Source: Marsupella aquatica
Taxonomy: Eukaryota; Plantae; Marchantiophyta
Assembly: GCA_973895155.1 (NCBI GenBank)
Contig: OZ316898.1
Coordinates: 12,675,659 to 12,739,658, forward strand
Direction of reading: 5' to 3'
Length of the DNA: 64,000 nucleotides
Shown: positions 35,929 through 49,474 of the stretch, piece after piece
Position numbering within the stretch: position 1 is the first letter of the stretch
Layout: each line of letters opens with the position of its first letter
Notes under the pieces: model-generated
What the model was told of the DNA's origin: nothing
The model's database searches: none
Seen by the model: the letters and a program-made list of their open reading frames with translations, nothing else
Program-made: the position numbers and the translations under genes

Positions 35929-38545
35929 TTTTTTGACTCGAAAGAACCAAATGAATTCCATTCAAATAACCAACATACAAAAAGGGGGGACACAAAGGGC
36001 ACCATATGAATTCCATTCAAATAGCCAACATACAAAAAGGGGGGCCACAAAGGGCACCAACCCAGGGGACCCAAATTCAGAGTGCAAAAACCGGTGGGGC
36101 CGGGACCAGGGAGGAAGCTGAGCCCATAAGGGGCAACTAAACAAGAAATTTATGAACTACAGTCGGAGCAGCACACTCCTAAAGACCGGCCAGTGACCAG
36201 GTTCCGGCGGGGTTCTTGCCAGTGGATCCGTGCGGGAGCAAAGCTCCAAACAGTCAGTCTGCAATGCAACTTCCTAACCTGAACAACCAAAGTGACTCAT
36301 GGTGGTCGTGGAGGTACTGGTGGGACTTGAAGGGATTCCTCATGGAGTTCCCAAAGGCCAGCCCAGGTGCCATATTGAAACGTCATCTCGTTGTGCGCCT
36401 CCCTTGAAGTGATCTTTCCAGCCTGGATGCGAACTTTAATCCGGCCCCAATCACAACGTAGGTAGATTCTGAGTCGATGCCAAGATTTTCTGATAACTCC
36501 TTGTTTGGTGGGGTCGGGTGTGTTCAATGAAGTGGGTACTTCTGTCCTTCCACAAGTTCCAGCAGATAATAGCCCTTAACGTATGCCACATCTTCATGGG
36601 GACGTCCCAATGCTCCGGTAGGGGCTCCCCAACGAAAATATGGACTGGCTATAGTTGAATAAGATTTCCCCTAGAACAGGCACATAGCTGTAGCACAAAA
36701 TGAACCCACCTCCAAACAATCTGCAACTGATTGCAACTCCAAAGGCAGTGAACGATATCTTCCTGCTGGTTAGCGCCACACCGGGTGCACCAAGTGGCCG
36801 GATCGGTTGATGGTAGTCTCGGGAATCTCCAGTGCTGTGTTGCAGGTATCCTGTAAATCAGTTGCCACAAGTAGCAGTTCTCGCTAGCAGCTCGGAAGGG
36901 TAGCCATGTATCAGCCCAGAGCATCCATGGGTGGGGCTGCCAATTCAATCTGATGGCCCATTTGTGAATCGCTTTGTGGAGGGTTCCACATAGTGGCCCC
37001 TGAATTGCACATAAGTGGGTGGTGCTAGTTTCCAGAAAGGAGAGTCCGTCCTTCCATTCGTACTGCAACAGAGGTGCCAACAATCCATGGGGCCGTCCGA
37101 CGCGGTGCATGTTGTTGGAAGCTTGGTTGCCAGTCCTGGTCAACACCTGGTGCAAGATGACATATGTTGGAGGAGCAGTGGTATCCAATGTATGAAGAGC
37201 GTCGTTGGCCACCCTAAAGGTACGTCTGGGTTGAGCACTATCATTGAACCACTGCCATTGGGACGTAATGCGATTTTTGGGTACCTGGTATTCCCAGATG
37301 TAAAGAGTCCCACATGGCAATCGGGCCTCCATGAAGATAGGGATGAGTTCCCTAGGATTCCTGTGTAGCTCAGGCACAATACGAAGGTTAGCAATTAACT
37401 TACAATACGCAGAGGAGCAATTTCGAGGAAGTATAGCGTTAGGTCCGTCCTCCCAGTTGATGAACTGCCCCCTCCCATCCAAGACATCTCTCATGGCAAC
37501 AAAGCCAGCCCTCCTGATTTTCCTCTGTGGATTGATTCGACATTTGGCTTGATTTGCGTGAATGTGGTTAATGTGCGGTTGCCAAAGGAGGAGGTCACTC
37601 CATCCTTCCAGATGCGTAGGAGATGTAGCTCTCAGGTTTTTCTTGATGACGTTCCACCCTGTGCATACATTGGTCCACACTTTGGACCCATCCAGTGGAA
37701 GAGTGTGGCACTGCGAAAAGACCCAAGAAAAATCTTCCACTCCCCATTTCCGCTTAGAAAGTTGCTTGATCTCGTGCTAGAGAATTCGACGTAGGGGGTG
37801 GTCTCCCCCGGAATGCGCCCAAATAATGAAGTTCCCGGCCAGTGCTCTGAAATGTGCTGCAACCGAAATGAGTCCAAGGCCCCCTTGGCCTTTTGGTCTA
37901 GTGATGGTGGCGAAATCAACCCTCGATCGAGCTTTGGTATTTTGCCTTGCCCAGACGAATGTTGTGATCTTTCGTTGAAGTGCAACCAAGGTACTCTGTT
38001 GGCCAGCCCAAATAGTCAACATAAACCACAACGTGCTCATGACTAGGTGATTTGCCACCGTGACCCGGGCGATCAGCAATCCCGAGCTCTTCCGGACCCT
38101 GTCTAATCTGGATTCAAGCTTTTCGGTGAGGGAGGAGACCATTTGGACTTCAGAGATGTTCTGAGCAATTGGAATGCCTAAGAGCTTCGTGGCCGTGGCA
38201 GCGTCTTCCCACTTCCAAGGGAGTCTCCTGAATTCAATGGGTATTCTATGAGGAGAAATGAACGCTGCCTTTGTTTTCTCCCATACACACACCAGCCCAG
38301 ATGCCACCCCAAAAAGGTGAAGGAGTTGCTTGCAGCTTTCCACATTTTCCATGTAAGCTCTGATCAGCATGGCGAGGTCATCTGCATAAAGATTGTGCAC
38401 ATTATGCACTGCTACGGTTTGGATGTTGACGCCTTGGATAGTGCCCCTGTCTACTGCCCAATTGATCATCCAGCTGAGAGCATCGATAGCGATAAGAAAT
38501 AGAAGAGGAGATAGAGGGCATCCTTGTCTAACCGATCTGGCAAGA
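35929..38545 (-). mobile_element. 5'-truncated, degenerate L1-type LINE (RT C-terminal half and zf-RVT region)
   Basis: RSVRQGCPLSPLLF at about 38500-38540, LYADD, LLGIP, RPKGQGGLGL, CTRC...EDIVHCLWSC. Stops and frameshifts present. T run at about 35929. A tandem repeat of about 56 bp sits in the 3' UTR (35950-36060). Confidence 0.88.
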
Positions 38546-38566
38546 CCAAACTAAGGGTGCCGCCAT

Positions 38567-38670
38567 CTCGGGGGGTTAACTAAGTGTATATTTTGGGGTA
38601 CCACGTGTGATCCTAGCCTAATATAAATAGACCTATTTTATAAAGAAAATATCCCGAGAATATTCTCTAT
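38567..38670. mobile_element. Left half of the same MITE family as 7455-7738
   Basis: About 100 bp nearly identical to 7455-7558, ending abruptly at the TGTGACAGGG start of the next element. Confidence 0.85.
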
Positions 38671-40990
38671 TGTGACAGGGCCCCAAACCCGGTAGTAACT
38701 TAGTGATAACTTATAATTGCGTATATAAGTAGAAAGACAAGTAGGTGTAGTAAAAGTGTTTGGATTTTCAAAGTTTTCATTTTTGTTAGTTCTAATAAAT
38801 GGATGCGACAACCGGATGAAACGGAGTTGAGAGGGGTGTCGGGCGGTGATGGATGACAAGGGAACCATTGAGGGGGTACAAGGAGGCCACAAGGCAGCCC
38901 AACTTGGAGCCAAGGTGTGGGCATCTTGGAGGGGTGGGGGCTGGTCGGAGGCTCCACGTAAGGCGCAAAACGGGAAGAATGACCAAAATATAGAAAACAT
39001 TGAAACTTAAACAGACGTTGCTGCGCTAGTACTATTCCAAACATGGTCATGTTTGGATTCATTTTTAAGCCCTCAATGAGCCCCATGCGAAACTGAGGTT
39101 TTCTAGTTGATTTTAGGTCTATATCAAACAGTGACATCTTGAGGGACCTCAACGCCCGTAAAACGGCAAACTAGGCAATCTTGGAGTAGTGATGGTGGGA
39201 GGGCCCTTAGAAGGAAGGGGTTCCCACACTTGTGTTCCCCTTCACCCTTTGTGTGGTCCTCACATGGTTTTTTGCTCTCTTTCCCTTCCCCACTTTGTAG
39301 AGGGGCACTCCGTAGAAGGGGCCCTCACACTTTCTTCCTTCCCTTTTTCTCTATTCTCACTTGTGGGGTTTCCACCCATACCTAAACCCTAAACCCTTTC
39401 CCTCTTGTGCTTGCTTTCAACGTGTGTACGGACCCTGGTTGTACGAACATCAGATTTTTTACCATCTCAAAATCAGGAGTCTATAGGCTTGTTGGAATGA
39501 GCTCGCCGAGCTGAATCCAACGATGTGTCACACGGCCAAAACAGAGCTAAGACGGGGGAGATACAACTGATTGCGTTTTTTGAGAATATTGGGGTTTTTG
39601 AGGTCGTACGGACATCCGTACGGCAAGAGGTCCTGGCTTTGCAAGGGAAGAAGGAGGTAGAAGCACATAAGGAGAAACCATGATCTGTGTTTTGCAAAGA
39701 CGGCCCCCCTAGTGTTGTACGGACGAAACGGTGCCCCGTGAAAACTTAAACGACCATATCTTGGTCGTTTGACCTTCGTTTTGTGCACCGTTTACGGAGC
39801 CGTGATCAGGAAGAGGAGGGCTCCTCAGATATGTTTTCAAAAGTGAATTCTGAGAAAATTTTAGTTTTGACAATTGTAGGGGCCCCCTCCTTTTACAACG
39901 GACCAGAGGTGGCAATCAGGAGGATTGAGGCTGGTAGGCAAGGTAGATAGATAGGATAGGAGGTGGTGGACTCAAGTGAGTCCTTGTTTAGCAGAGTGGT
40001 ATCCACTCCAATGGAGAGCGGTGAGGAGACCAACTCACGGGGCTCAAGCCAGGGCACCGTGAGTGAAGAGGAGGAGGATTAGAGTGGTCGTACGAAGGTG
40101 GTTGTACGGCCCCTTGACTTTCCAACTTTTTTGTGAGGGGTCACTCACGGGCTTGTTGGAAAGAGCTCGCGGAGCTGATTCCAACAAGAGGCGGCGCTCT
40201 TCAAACGGAGCCAGGATGAGCAAGTTAGGGCCCGACGAAGTTGGGTTTACGGGATACTGAAACGACCATAACTTGGCCGTCCGATGTCCGTTTCAAGAGC
40301 GGTTGAGTGATTCATGATCAGGAGGAGGAGGGCTATCCAGGGGTGAACTCAGAAGTGCAAGTGGAAGGGCACCTAGTTTTGGCCATTGTGGGATTCCTTG
40401 CAATTTCACGGTTCACAGAGTAACGTTGGGGCGCCGTCGGAGGCACCGCCAGCCCATTGTTAGTTTAGGGTTTAGGGTTTTAGAATCATGTGTGTGCCGC
40501 ATGCTTTTAGTTTAGGGGTTTCTTAGTGAAGGGTTTAGCGGCGGCGCTAGGGTAAGCCGCCATCGTTGTGGCCCCGTGAGGGGTGCTTTGGTGTGTTTTC
40601 TTGGTATTTAGGGGGAGAGCCCCGGAGTAGTGAGGGGGGGAACTCAGTCTAGTGTTTGCTTAGGGAAGTTAGCTCATAGCCAAAAGAGGGAATCAAGCCA
40701 GAGTAGTGAGGTAGAGGTGTAGCACTTGCCCCAGTGAGGCAGTAGTTGGGCAGACGGCAGGAGGCCGGGTTGTCCTTGCAATGTGTTACGATGTTTTGCC
40801 AAAAGATATGGATTTGGTTTGATTCCTCAAGTTTTGGTGTGGTGTTACCTTTTCTGGTTGACGATTGTGTTCTTTCCCCAAGAAACGTCTAAGGAATCCT
40901 TGCACGGTTTGGTCAACCATGTGAGTAGGGAGGGGTGGTGACAGCACTCCACCGACGACCAGTAGGAGTGTGTGTGTGGCGTAGTCCATG
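38671..40990. mobile_element. Truncated long LTR-like repeat (gypsy/chromovirus-like); right boundary approximate
   Basis: Begins TGTGACAGGGCCCC and interrupts a MITE. Internal repeated modules TTGTTGGAA.GAGCTCGC.GAGCTGA.TCCAAC (about 39489 and 40153) and CGACCATA.CTTGG...GATCAGGA.GAGGAGGGCT (about 39751 and 40263). No matching 3' terminus found. Confidence 0.55.
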
Positions 40991-41342
40991 GGACTTGATC
41001 AAAAGCAGAGCGGCTAGTCGGTAGACTTGATCAAAAATTACATTTCCAGGAGCGGAACTAAACATACTCATCCTACGTGCAATAGAATCCTAGTAGCGTC
41101 CCTCCACGTTCCCGTTATACAATAACAAACGATTTTAGTAGGAGTAAATACGTATTTGTCGTGTAAATTGTTTGATAAGCAGGTGACAACAGCCTTGCAC
41201 TTATTTAATCAAGTGTTTGTATAGTTCAGGTCTGGTGCTCAAAATAGCATCAATCACATATTGAGAGACATGTGCCATATTATGGGGCAGCTATGTTACT
41301 AATAAAGCACAATGCAAAACTACTTTCAAGGGCTACAGTCTA

Positions 41343-41687
41343 TGTTAGATATTGCTCTAGTCTTGTGACTCATAAGCTAACCACAGTTAGTCTAACTCAT
41401 GTTAGGACTTAGCTAATGTTAGCGGTAGTGCTATTGTGTATTTAGCCAGGGCTGATGCTAAACCCTGGGTGGAACTTAGGCTCATTGTTACAGAGCTAGT
41501 TGAGAGATAGGGAGAGCTTGTGTTGTGGATGCTTGGTATGGCCAGTCGGCCTAGAGTGCAGTAAAGCTCTTGTGTGTTCCCGTGGACGTAGCCTCATGTG
41601 GAGGTGAACCACGTATCTCTCTGTGTCGACTCTTGCGCGTTGGATGGTTCATGGGCTTGCAGTTGCGAATGTCATCTATGCTCAACA
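41343..41687 (+). mobile_element. Solo LTR, copy 3 (divergent 5' part), inserted in a roughly 51-bp minisatellite
   Basis: TGTT...AACA termini with TSD GTCTA/ATCTA. The 3' two-thirds match copies 1 and 2. Flanking units AAGCACAATGCAAA.CTACTTTCAAGGGCTACAGTC lie at about 41305, 41708 and 41759. Confidence 0.88.
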
Positions 41688-42113
41688 ATCTAGAGGTAGT
41701 AAACTTAAGCACAATGCAAAGCTACTTTCAAGGGCTACAGTCAAAGTTAGTAAACTTAAGCACAATGTGAAGCTACTTTGAAGGGCTGCAGCCTAGAGTG
41801 AAGCCTCTACGTCGCAACTCTCAAGAAGGACAAGATTGACAGTGACTCTAAATAAGGACAAAACTGAAAGTGAGAATGTAAATAAATAGGGATTGGGGAA
41901 AATAGGAGCAAAACCAACTTTGATTCTAAATAAGGACAACAATAATAGTGACTCTAAATAAAGACAAACTGAAATTGAAGGTGGGACAAAAAACAAGAAC
42001 TGGGCAAAGATAAATTGAAAATAGCATAGCATTATGTTTTTTTGCAAGATTTGTTTTGTCTTCATGACTCTATTTACAATCAAGGAAAAGGTAATGAGGC
42101 TAGTGTCTATTAG

Positions 42114-44657
42114 CAGACCGGATTTATCGCTAGTAGGGATATTATGGATAACCTTATGTCGTTCAAACTTGCGCAAGAGCTATCTAAACTCAAGAAAGAG
42201 CCATAATTGGTGTTCCTCAAACTCGACTTCGCTAAAGCCTATGATAGAGTGGAGCATAACTTCCTCTGGGAGGTGCTTAGGAAATGAATTTCCAGGAGCA
42301 CTTTATCACACTGGTGAGAGGATTGGTGGAAAATATGCAATCCAAGGTCCACATCAATGGACTGTTCACGCAACCTTTCAATCTGGGCAGGGGTGTTCGA
42401 CAAGGCTGTCCGCTGGCACCACTGCTGTTTGCATTAACCACGCAGTCACTTATGCTTATGCTTCAGAGGAAAATTGAGCAAAAAAAATACACGGTCTGAT
42501 GCTGGAGGACGGGTCCACTGTTTGCCATCAGCTTTTTGCAGACTATACTGGTCTACTTCTCAGAGCCAGTGAACAGGACTTTTGGAGGCTAGGGGGGTCA
42601 TCCACCAGTACGAGAGGATTTCGGGCGCACTCCTGAATGTTCACAATTCAAGTCCAAGATTATTCCCCTGTTTAGTCCCAACCAGGGTGATCTAGAATGG
42701 ATGTAGAAAACTGGATGCACTGTCACAAAATCAGGAGAGGTGAGTGAATACTTGGGCTGCCCTATTGGACATCAGATCAAGACCTCACAGGAAATCCGCT
42801 TTCTGGTCGACAAATTAAGGAAAAGATTGAATCATTGGGCTTTCGGGAGTCTCACCCTATCTGGAAGAGTCACTCTGCTCCGACATGTCCTGAGGGCCAC
42901 TCCGACGTACCACCTCATGCTGATGTCACTCAACGGGGCTGGTTACGGGGAAATGGAACAAATTTGTAGAGGATTTCTCTGGGGGACAAACAAAACGGGG
43001 AAGCACAAGATCCCACTCATTAGTTGGGACATTATTACTCTAGAGAAAGGAGCGGGAGGACTGGGCATCCTCCCGTTCATGGTGCAATCCGAAGTGCTCA
43101 AGATGAGACACATGATGAAGCTACTTACCAACTCAAAGATTGATTGGGTCAGGATGGCTAATGAGGCTATTCGGGCGACAATTCGTCTGGGACATGATAA
43201 GAAAGAGAAGCGTCAATGGACACCGGCAGAGGTTGTGCTGCTTTCCGGACTCACTAAGGTGAAGGGATCCCAGAGCGGCTATCCATTGAGCAAACACTAA
43301 GGCTCTATTTCAAAGCCAAATTTGTGAGTGACTCCAGGCAGACTAACCTGCGTAGATTCATGTCTAGTTGAAGCATTGAATCCCTACAAGACATCAGACA
43401 AGGTGATGGTACCTGGAAGGACCCGACCACCATCATCCAGAGTATCCGCAACACCAGGGGCATAGGCACACTGGAGTTTCATGATTTTTATGAGGTTGTG
43501 CAGACGCTGAAGGGAACCACTACTGAGGCCCTGGAGAGGTGCGAAGGGTGGAGGTGGAGTGATCAGCCAAGACGTACTAGGTGGAACTGCCCCAATAAGG
43601 CTGGTGAGTACTAATTGTGACCATATATATGAAGTTGAATCGCAGATGGGGAGTGACTGGAGCTCCCCAACAATGGATGCAGCTGTGGAGGCCGGAAACT
43701 CTGGGGAGGATGGACTCTCCCGAAGGTTGCCTCTTTGCGTGGAGGCTGGTGCAACACGGTTTCTTCACCAATCAGAGGGGAATAGGTGGGGAGTCTGTGA
43801 TGGCATGTGTCCAAGGTGTATGGAACAAACTGAGACCAGTGATCACTTGTTCTATAGTTGTAGACATGTTAGCTATAGATGGCAATTATTGAGACAATTG
43901 ACCAACTCCAATGCCCGAATTGCTCTGGATCCAGGAGGGCTGATGGAAATGATCTCGCAGGCTACTAGGAGACCAAAAAAAAACAACCCTGGACCCCTGA
44001 TTCTTATCCAGGAAATGTGCACTAGTTTTTTGAATGAGCGGAATGCAGTAGCCTTCAACCATCCCATGGGGAAGATCTCGGTCTGGGTGACACTTCAGAA
44101 CACTGCGCACCATCTCAAAATCATGATGAGCAACAGCAACACTAGTAAGAAGAGCAGGCAACTTCAGAAGGCCTTTCAAGCGCTGCAAGACATTATCCAA
44201 CAAGGGAACTGGGGGGGACTGACTGAGGTCAACTCTAATTATCACAATGATAACTGAGAACTTTTGTCACTTGCCCCCCGGCCCTCAGTGAGCTTGGTGG
44301 GTTGGAGTTGTGGAGGGATGGACCTTGCAACTTCTGCGAGTCTGTTCGTGTTAGTGACCTGTTTGATAGGGACATTACTATTAATCACTGGCAGAATAGT
44401 ATTTTGACGGTGGTTTACATGGGTAGTGTTTACGACATGGTTAGTCTGGTCGATTGTCTGGTCATCAGGTTGAAGGGTCATTTTGACTCTGGTGGTTTTG
44501 GGTGTCGGCTGATGTGGTGGTGGGGGGGAGCGCCTAGGGGCACCCTCCCCTCCCTGACTTTGTGCTTTCTCAATTTGACTGGGTGGTTTTTGCCCCCATT
44601 TTTAATTGATGGGGCCTGCCCCTCCCTTAATTACTTGAAAAAAAATTAAAAATTAAA
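42114..44657 (+). mobile_element. 5'-truncated, degenerate L1-type LINE with intact boundaries
   Basis: KLDFAKAYDRV, RGVRQGCPLAPLLF, LFADY(T), YLGCP, GGLGI, CPRC...ETSDHLFYSC. A-rich tail. Perfect 21-bp TSD AATGAGGCTAGTGTCTATTAG (42093-42113 and 44658-44678). Confidence 0.92.
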
Positions 44658-44705
44658 AATGAGGCTAGTGTCTATTAGTTCAAGGAATGGGGCTAGTCTC
44701 TACTA

Positions 44706-45159
44706 GGGGGTCTCAAAGCCTGACTTTAACAAGATAAGGCCCTCCCATAACTCCAGTATTATGGGGACTCCCGTAACAGTTATGGGAGCCAATCTCCAGC
44801 TACCGTAAGGAAAGCTTGCGGGCTCTTAGCCTGTAACTTTCCAACAACTTTAGGTAGAAGTCCGGAAATGCGGAAATCCAGGACTCCAGAACTCCAGAAC
44901 TCCGAAAAGCCACAACTGAAGGCACGCGGGCTTTGCACCTGACGTGGTGATGGCTACTACATTTGAGGTGGTGGCTGATCAAGAATGGAGGAAAGCAATA
45001 TAGGGTATGAGATAGGTGAGGCCGTAACTCCTGCCTTATGGGGCGGGTCAATGCTACCTCCCCCAATTTTAAAAATTTCATAGTTGGGTTCCATAACTGG
45101 AGTTATGGTGTATACCACACATCCGTAACTTTCACTAATGGCCCAACTTTGAGACACCC
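44706..45159. mobile_element. MITE-like element (454 bp)
   Basis: TIRs GGGGGTCTCAAAG / CTTTGAGACACCC (12 of 13 match), TA on both sides, and a subterminal inverted pair CCATAACTCCAGT / ACTGGAGTTATGG. Confidence 0.68.
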
Positions 45160-45882
45160 TATTAGGAAGAGGTAATCAGACTACTTATCTTACTATAAAA
45201 GCGTCAACTAAAGCCTAGTCTTAAGGGCCCAGGTCTAGAGTAAAGCCTCTAGACTGTAACTCCCAAGAGACTAAACTGATAATGAGGTTCAATAATAAAG
45301 ATAAAATTGAAATGAGGAACAAAAACAAGAATGTGGCAAAGACTAACCCAAATAAAATTTAGCAAAGATGTTTTCTTCATATCTATTTATGTATAGGGTA
45401 ATGATGGTTTGGTCTGGGGTTACTAGTTGTTTACCCTGTGACGAGAAAGTGAGGAAATGCTGACCAGCCGGGAAGTTTTTCTGAGCTTTGTGAGAACAGG
45501 TTTTAGACTAGAAGCCCCATCCAAACACCCCAATCCAAATAGTCATTATCACACCTAATACCTGCCCAGAAAAAGATTACCAGGCAATACTTTATGGGCA
45601 TTATGGAAATGGTGCCACCTAGTAAAAATGGTGAAATGGTTACACATGGGTAACCTTTCTTCCCAACAGGAATTACCTACAGGAATTACCTACGTTCATT
45701 GGGCTAGTAATCCATCAAGGAAAGATTTGGGAAGAGAGATCACATCCTACTGTAGATCTATCATTTACTATTAGGTGCAGCACAGCTGTATCCAAGAGCT
45801 CGGTCCTTCGAATGGACAGAGTCACAGAGGCGAGTGACAATTCCTCGCTCAGTCTCCTCCTGTCTCTGTGTCTGATGCACAA

Positions 45883-45885
<3 letters not shown>

Positions 45886-45918
<33 letters not shown>
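45886..45918. repeat. (CT)n microsatellite about 100 bp upstream of the DUF819 ATG
   Basis: Perfect CT run in a typical plant 5'UTR/promoter position. Confidence 0.95.
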
Positions 45919-45920
<2 letters not shown>

Positions 45921-46015
45921 GCAGAGACCGATCGATGCAATTGTCTTTTCTTCGTGCACAGTGTTGAAGATCAGCATTCTGTAGACCCGCCCATTTGTTC
46001 CTCTGGCCAATCGAG

Positions 46016-49000
46016 ATGGCAGAGCTACGCGCAGCTTCTCTTCTCCACTTTCCGTCGAGGGCAGCCCCTGCTGCTCTCCTCCAGAATCGCATTGCTTCAA
46101 TGGGCCTCTCTCGGCGCTCGATTCGTCGTTTCGAGGGTCTCTCCAATGACAATGGACTCGGGAAAGGTTACGGGATTGTGGGGAAGAGCGCGAAATTTGG
46201 AGCTGCCGGATTGGAGAGGATGGGGGAGGCTCAACGACGGAGACGAGGTAGAGGTGGAGGTGTCGCCAGGGCTTTGACTCTGCCATCTACACCTCTCATT
46301 GCTGCTGGGGATACGTGGGGCACTTGGACCATTCTTCTCGCCGCTGGGGCGTTTGGTGTCTGGTGACTAACCCTTCGCCCCTCTTTCTGCCTCTGCCTCT
46401 GTGTCTTCTGTTTACCAGGACTTCAAACGAAATAGTCTAATTCTAAATTGCAGAAATGAGCGTTGGAGGTTTTTAATCTGTACACTTAGCCTTGGCCAGA
46501 AACGGGAATTCTATGCAGTTTGTGTAAGGTAGTTGAAGTCATAAGATGTAGTTGTATCACTATTCCAAGCTTACTAGGCAGGGGAAGGTTACATGGGACG
46601 GTCTCAATGAGAAGGATTACGGGAATCCGCGTGGATATGAATATAATGTGCCTCCGCAGTAGGAGATTATTTGCATTTCCTGCCCGAGTGATGAAGTAGT
46701 TGTACCACGATTCAGATTAAGGTAGGCCTCAGTTAGGTGGAATGCTCACAATGAGTGTGACGGTGGATGGTAATTAGAGCCTTGGTAAATATCCATTAAT
46801 CCTTCCAGGACGGGAAACCAATGGGAGACACAATTTTCGTGAGGCTCTTCTTCATAAAATGGGAATGCTGATGTTCCACTGGTGAGGACCCCTTAAAGCA
46901 TTCTGGCTCCCATTGCTCTCAATTCCAGAGGAGGGTCTAAATGCTGACAAAATTTCATGAGCTGTCCGTGCAAACTTGCCGTTATTAGCGTTTTTATCAA
47001 CAAGCATCCAATTAGGGCCTGTCACTACATTCAGACAGCTCCCCAGGAAGTTGTGTGATGTACCCTTTTGTCACGGTTCTTATTGACTGGAACAGTAAAT
47101 TCGGTTCGCAAGTTCGGTTTGTGGTTTACCTTTTGCTTTTGTGAATGGCGTCAGTTCTCCATCTCTCGTCGGACCTTAACGAAGGAGTTGTTCTCCAGAT
47201 TGTACAACAGATAAATGAGGAATGCAGTGGTAGAAACAAAAATTCTGCCATAGCTGTTGGACATGCCTAGCTCAGTGTGTGCTTCCTGGGATTGTGATGG
47301 TTCCTCAGAAAGTGACTGTGATTCGGTTAGAGGACTCAGAGGAGGATGATCTGAATGCGTCAGGCTGCAACCAGGTCCGAGAAGAGATCATGGGGGAGTG
47401 CACTAAGTGGGGCCCTGGTGAGCACACTAGCTGGGTTAGCAGCAAGCAATCTTGGGCTGATAGCTGCCTCGGCCCCAGCATATTCTATCGTGAATGCGTA
47501 CATACTACCACTGGCGGTGCCGTTGCTCCTTTATGGTTCAGATCTGAAAAGAGTGCTAGCTGACACGGGGCGACTCCTAGTGGCTTTCTTAATAGGATCT
47601 GGTACTATTCTCTTCAATCTCATGGCATACCTTTATCATGAGAGCACACAATTTGAGTTTTTGGAGCGACGTTTAGTTCTATTTCATGACGTCAGTTCTT
47701 TGGGGCTTCTGAATATTGGTTTCTGGAATTGAGCACAAAGATCTTTTTCTTGTCGTTCGTTATGTTGACCAATTTGGAAGTGCTTAGCTGGAATGAAGGG
47801 GAAGAACTTAGTTTCGAGAAGAATGTTGTCCTCTACTTTATGGCATCATTCTTTTGTGTGGATCATTTTGCTACATTGGTCTGCTGGAGTGGAGCACATG
47901 AATTCAATTTAAAAGGAACATTATTTTCCTCCATTTGGTTTTTCTGGCGTCCGTTACGTGCACCACAGTCGTGCACCACAGTCATGAATCGCTTAGCTGG
48001 ACTGAAGTACAAGAGTTCAGTTTCTTGAACATTATCCTATTTCGTGGTATCACGCGTATGGGCCTGAAGACTAAACACAAGTACTTCAGTTTCTCTACTC
48101 TTTGGCTCTATTTTCTGACCGTATCATTGTTTTGTTGCAGTCGCAACGACAATTGGGACGGTGGTAGCACTGCTGATCATTCCTCTGCGCTCATTGGGAC
48201 CAGACGGCTGGAAGATTGCTGCAGCGCTCATGAGTCGTCATATTGGTGGAGGTATGAGTCCTTCAGAGATTGTCCAGTTGGTGTTCCAGTTCGCCTTCAT
48301 GTCTTTCTATTTTGATCTCTGTTCAATTTCTTAGTATTCCTTTCTGAAAGGGTTATCTGTGGTAATTTGGTAAAATTGCAGCGGTGAATTATGTCGCTGT
48401 GTCGGAGGCTTTACAAACGACTCCGTCAGTCCTTGCTGCAGGACTGGCTGCTGACAATCTTATATGTGCAGTCTATTTCACATCCCTCGTTGCTCTTGCG
48501 GCCAACATACCCCCTGATGCTCCAGCGACGGGTACGGTCTTCTGCTTTCACCGTCTTTCTCAGTAGCCAGAGGCCGACAATCGATACTAATATTTCTCCA
48601 GGTCACCTAAACAGATGGAGAAGAAAAAGCGTTGGGATTTGGACGAGCTGAACTAAAAGTGGAAGAAGCGACAATTGCTCTGGCTCTATCTGCAGCCATT
48701 TGTGCACTTGGGACTGCCATGGCCAAGAGTTTGAACATTAATGGAGGTGGAATTCCGTGCATTACTGCAATAGTCGTGCTTCTAGCTACATTATTCCCGT
48801 CATGGTTGGGATCACTTAGCGCCTCTGCTGAAGGGCTTGCTCTTATACTGATGCAGGTATAGCCCAGCTCTATAGCACCGCATTTCTCGAACATTGCGTC
48901 CTCGTGATTTCCAACTTGGGTCCCATCCGCTGGTCTTAGATTCCCGTACCAGCTCATTCTTGTAGAGTAAACCTAAATTAATCTAGATATGAGGATTTGG

Positions 49001-49474
49001 GCCCAGAAGAATTCCAGAATATTTTGTTTTGATTGTGGTGCATAGCACTGAAAATTCTTGTTGATTTGTTAGGCCAGACGATACGATTTTCGCTTGGTAG
49101 TCTCACTATTTTCAACATTGTTGACATTCAATGTCTTTTGATTCACGCAGATATTTTTTGCAACAGTTGGTGCCAACGCCAGCATTGCCAGCGTGGTGAC
49201 AAAGGCACCAAGTTTGTTTATCTTCTCCCTGATACAGGTGGCTGTGCATCTTGCCATAATACTTGGGATTGGTAAGCTCATGGGTTTCGAGCGGAAGGAG
49301 CTACTTTTGGCTTCCAATGCAAATGTGGGTGGTCCCAACACAGCTGCAGGAATGGCTGCAGCGAAAGGCTGGCGAGTGCTCAATGTGCCAGCTATTCTTT
49401 GTGGAATTTTCGGCATTTCCATTGCCACATTCATCTCAATCTTCTTTGGTGTCACTGTTTTGAGTAAGATGTAG
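46016..49474 (+). CDS. DUF819-family multi-pass membrane protein with predicted transit peptide (466 aa)
   Basis: Exons 46016-46362, 47375-47601, 48141-48251, 48382-48531, 48615-48856 and 49151-49474 total 1401 nt, all GT-AG and in frame. Motifs ALMSRHIGGAVNYVAVSEAL, GLAADNL, LLASNANVGGP.TAAGMA. Confidence 0.9.

Noticed and set aside
40464-40480. Interstitial telomere (TTTAGGG units; also at about 10753 and 39381)
   Set aside because: Only about two units each, all inside transposon sequence.
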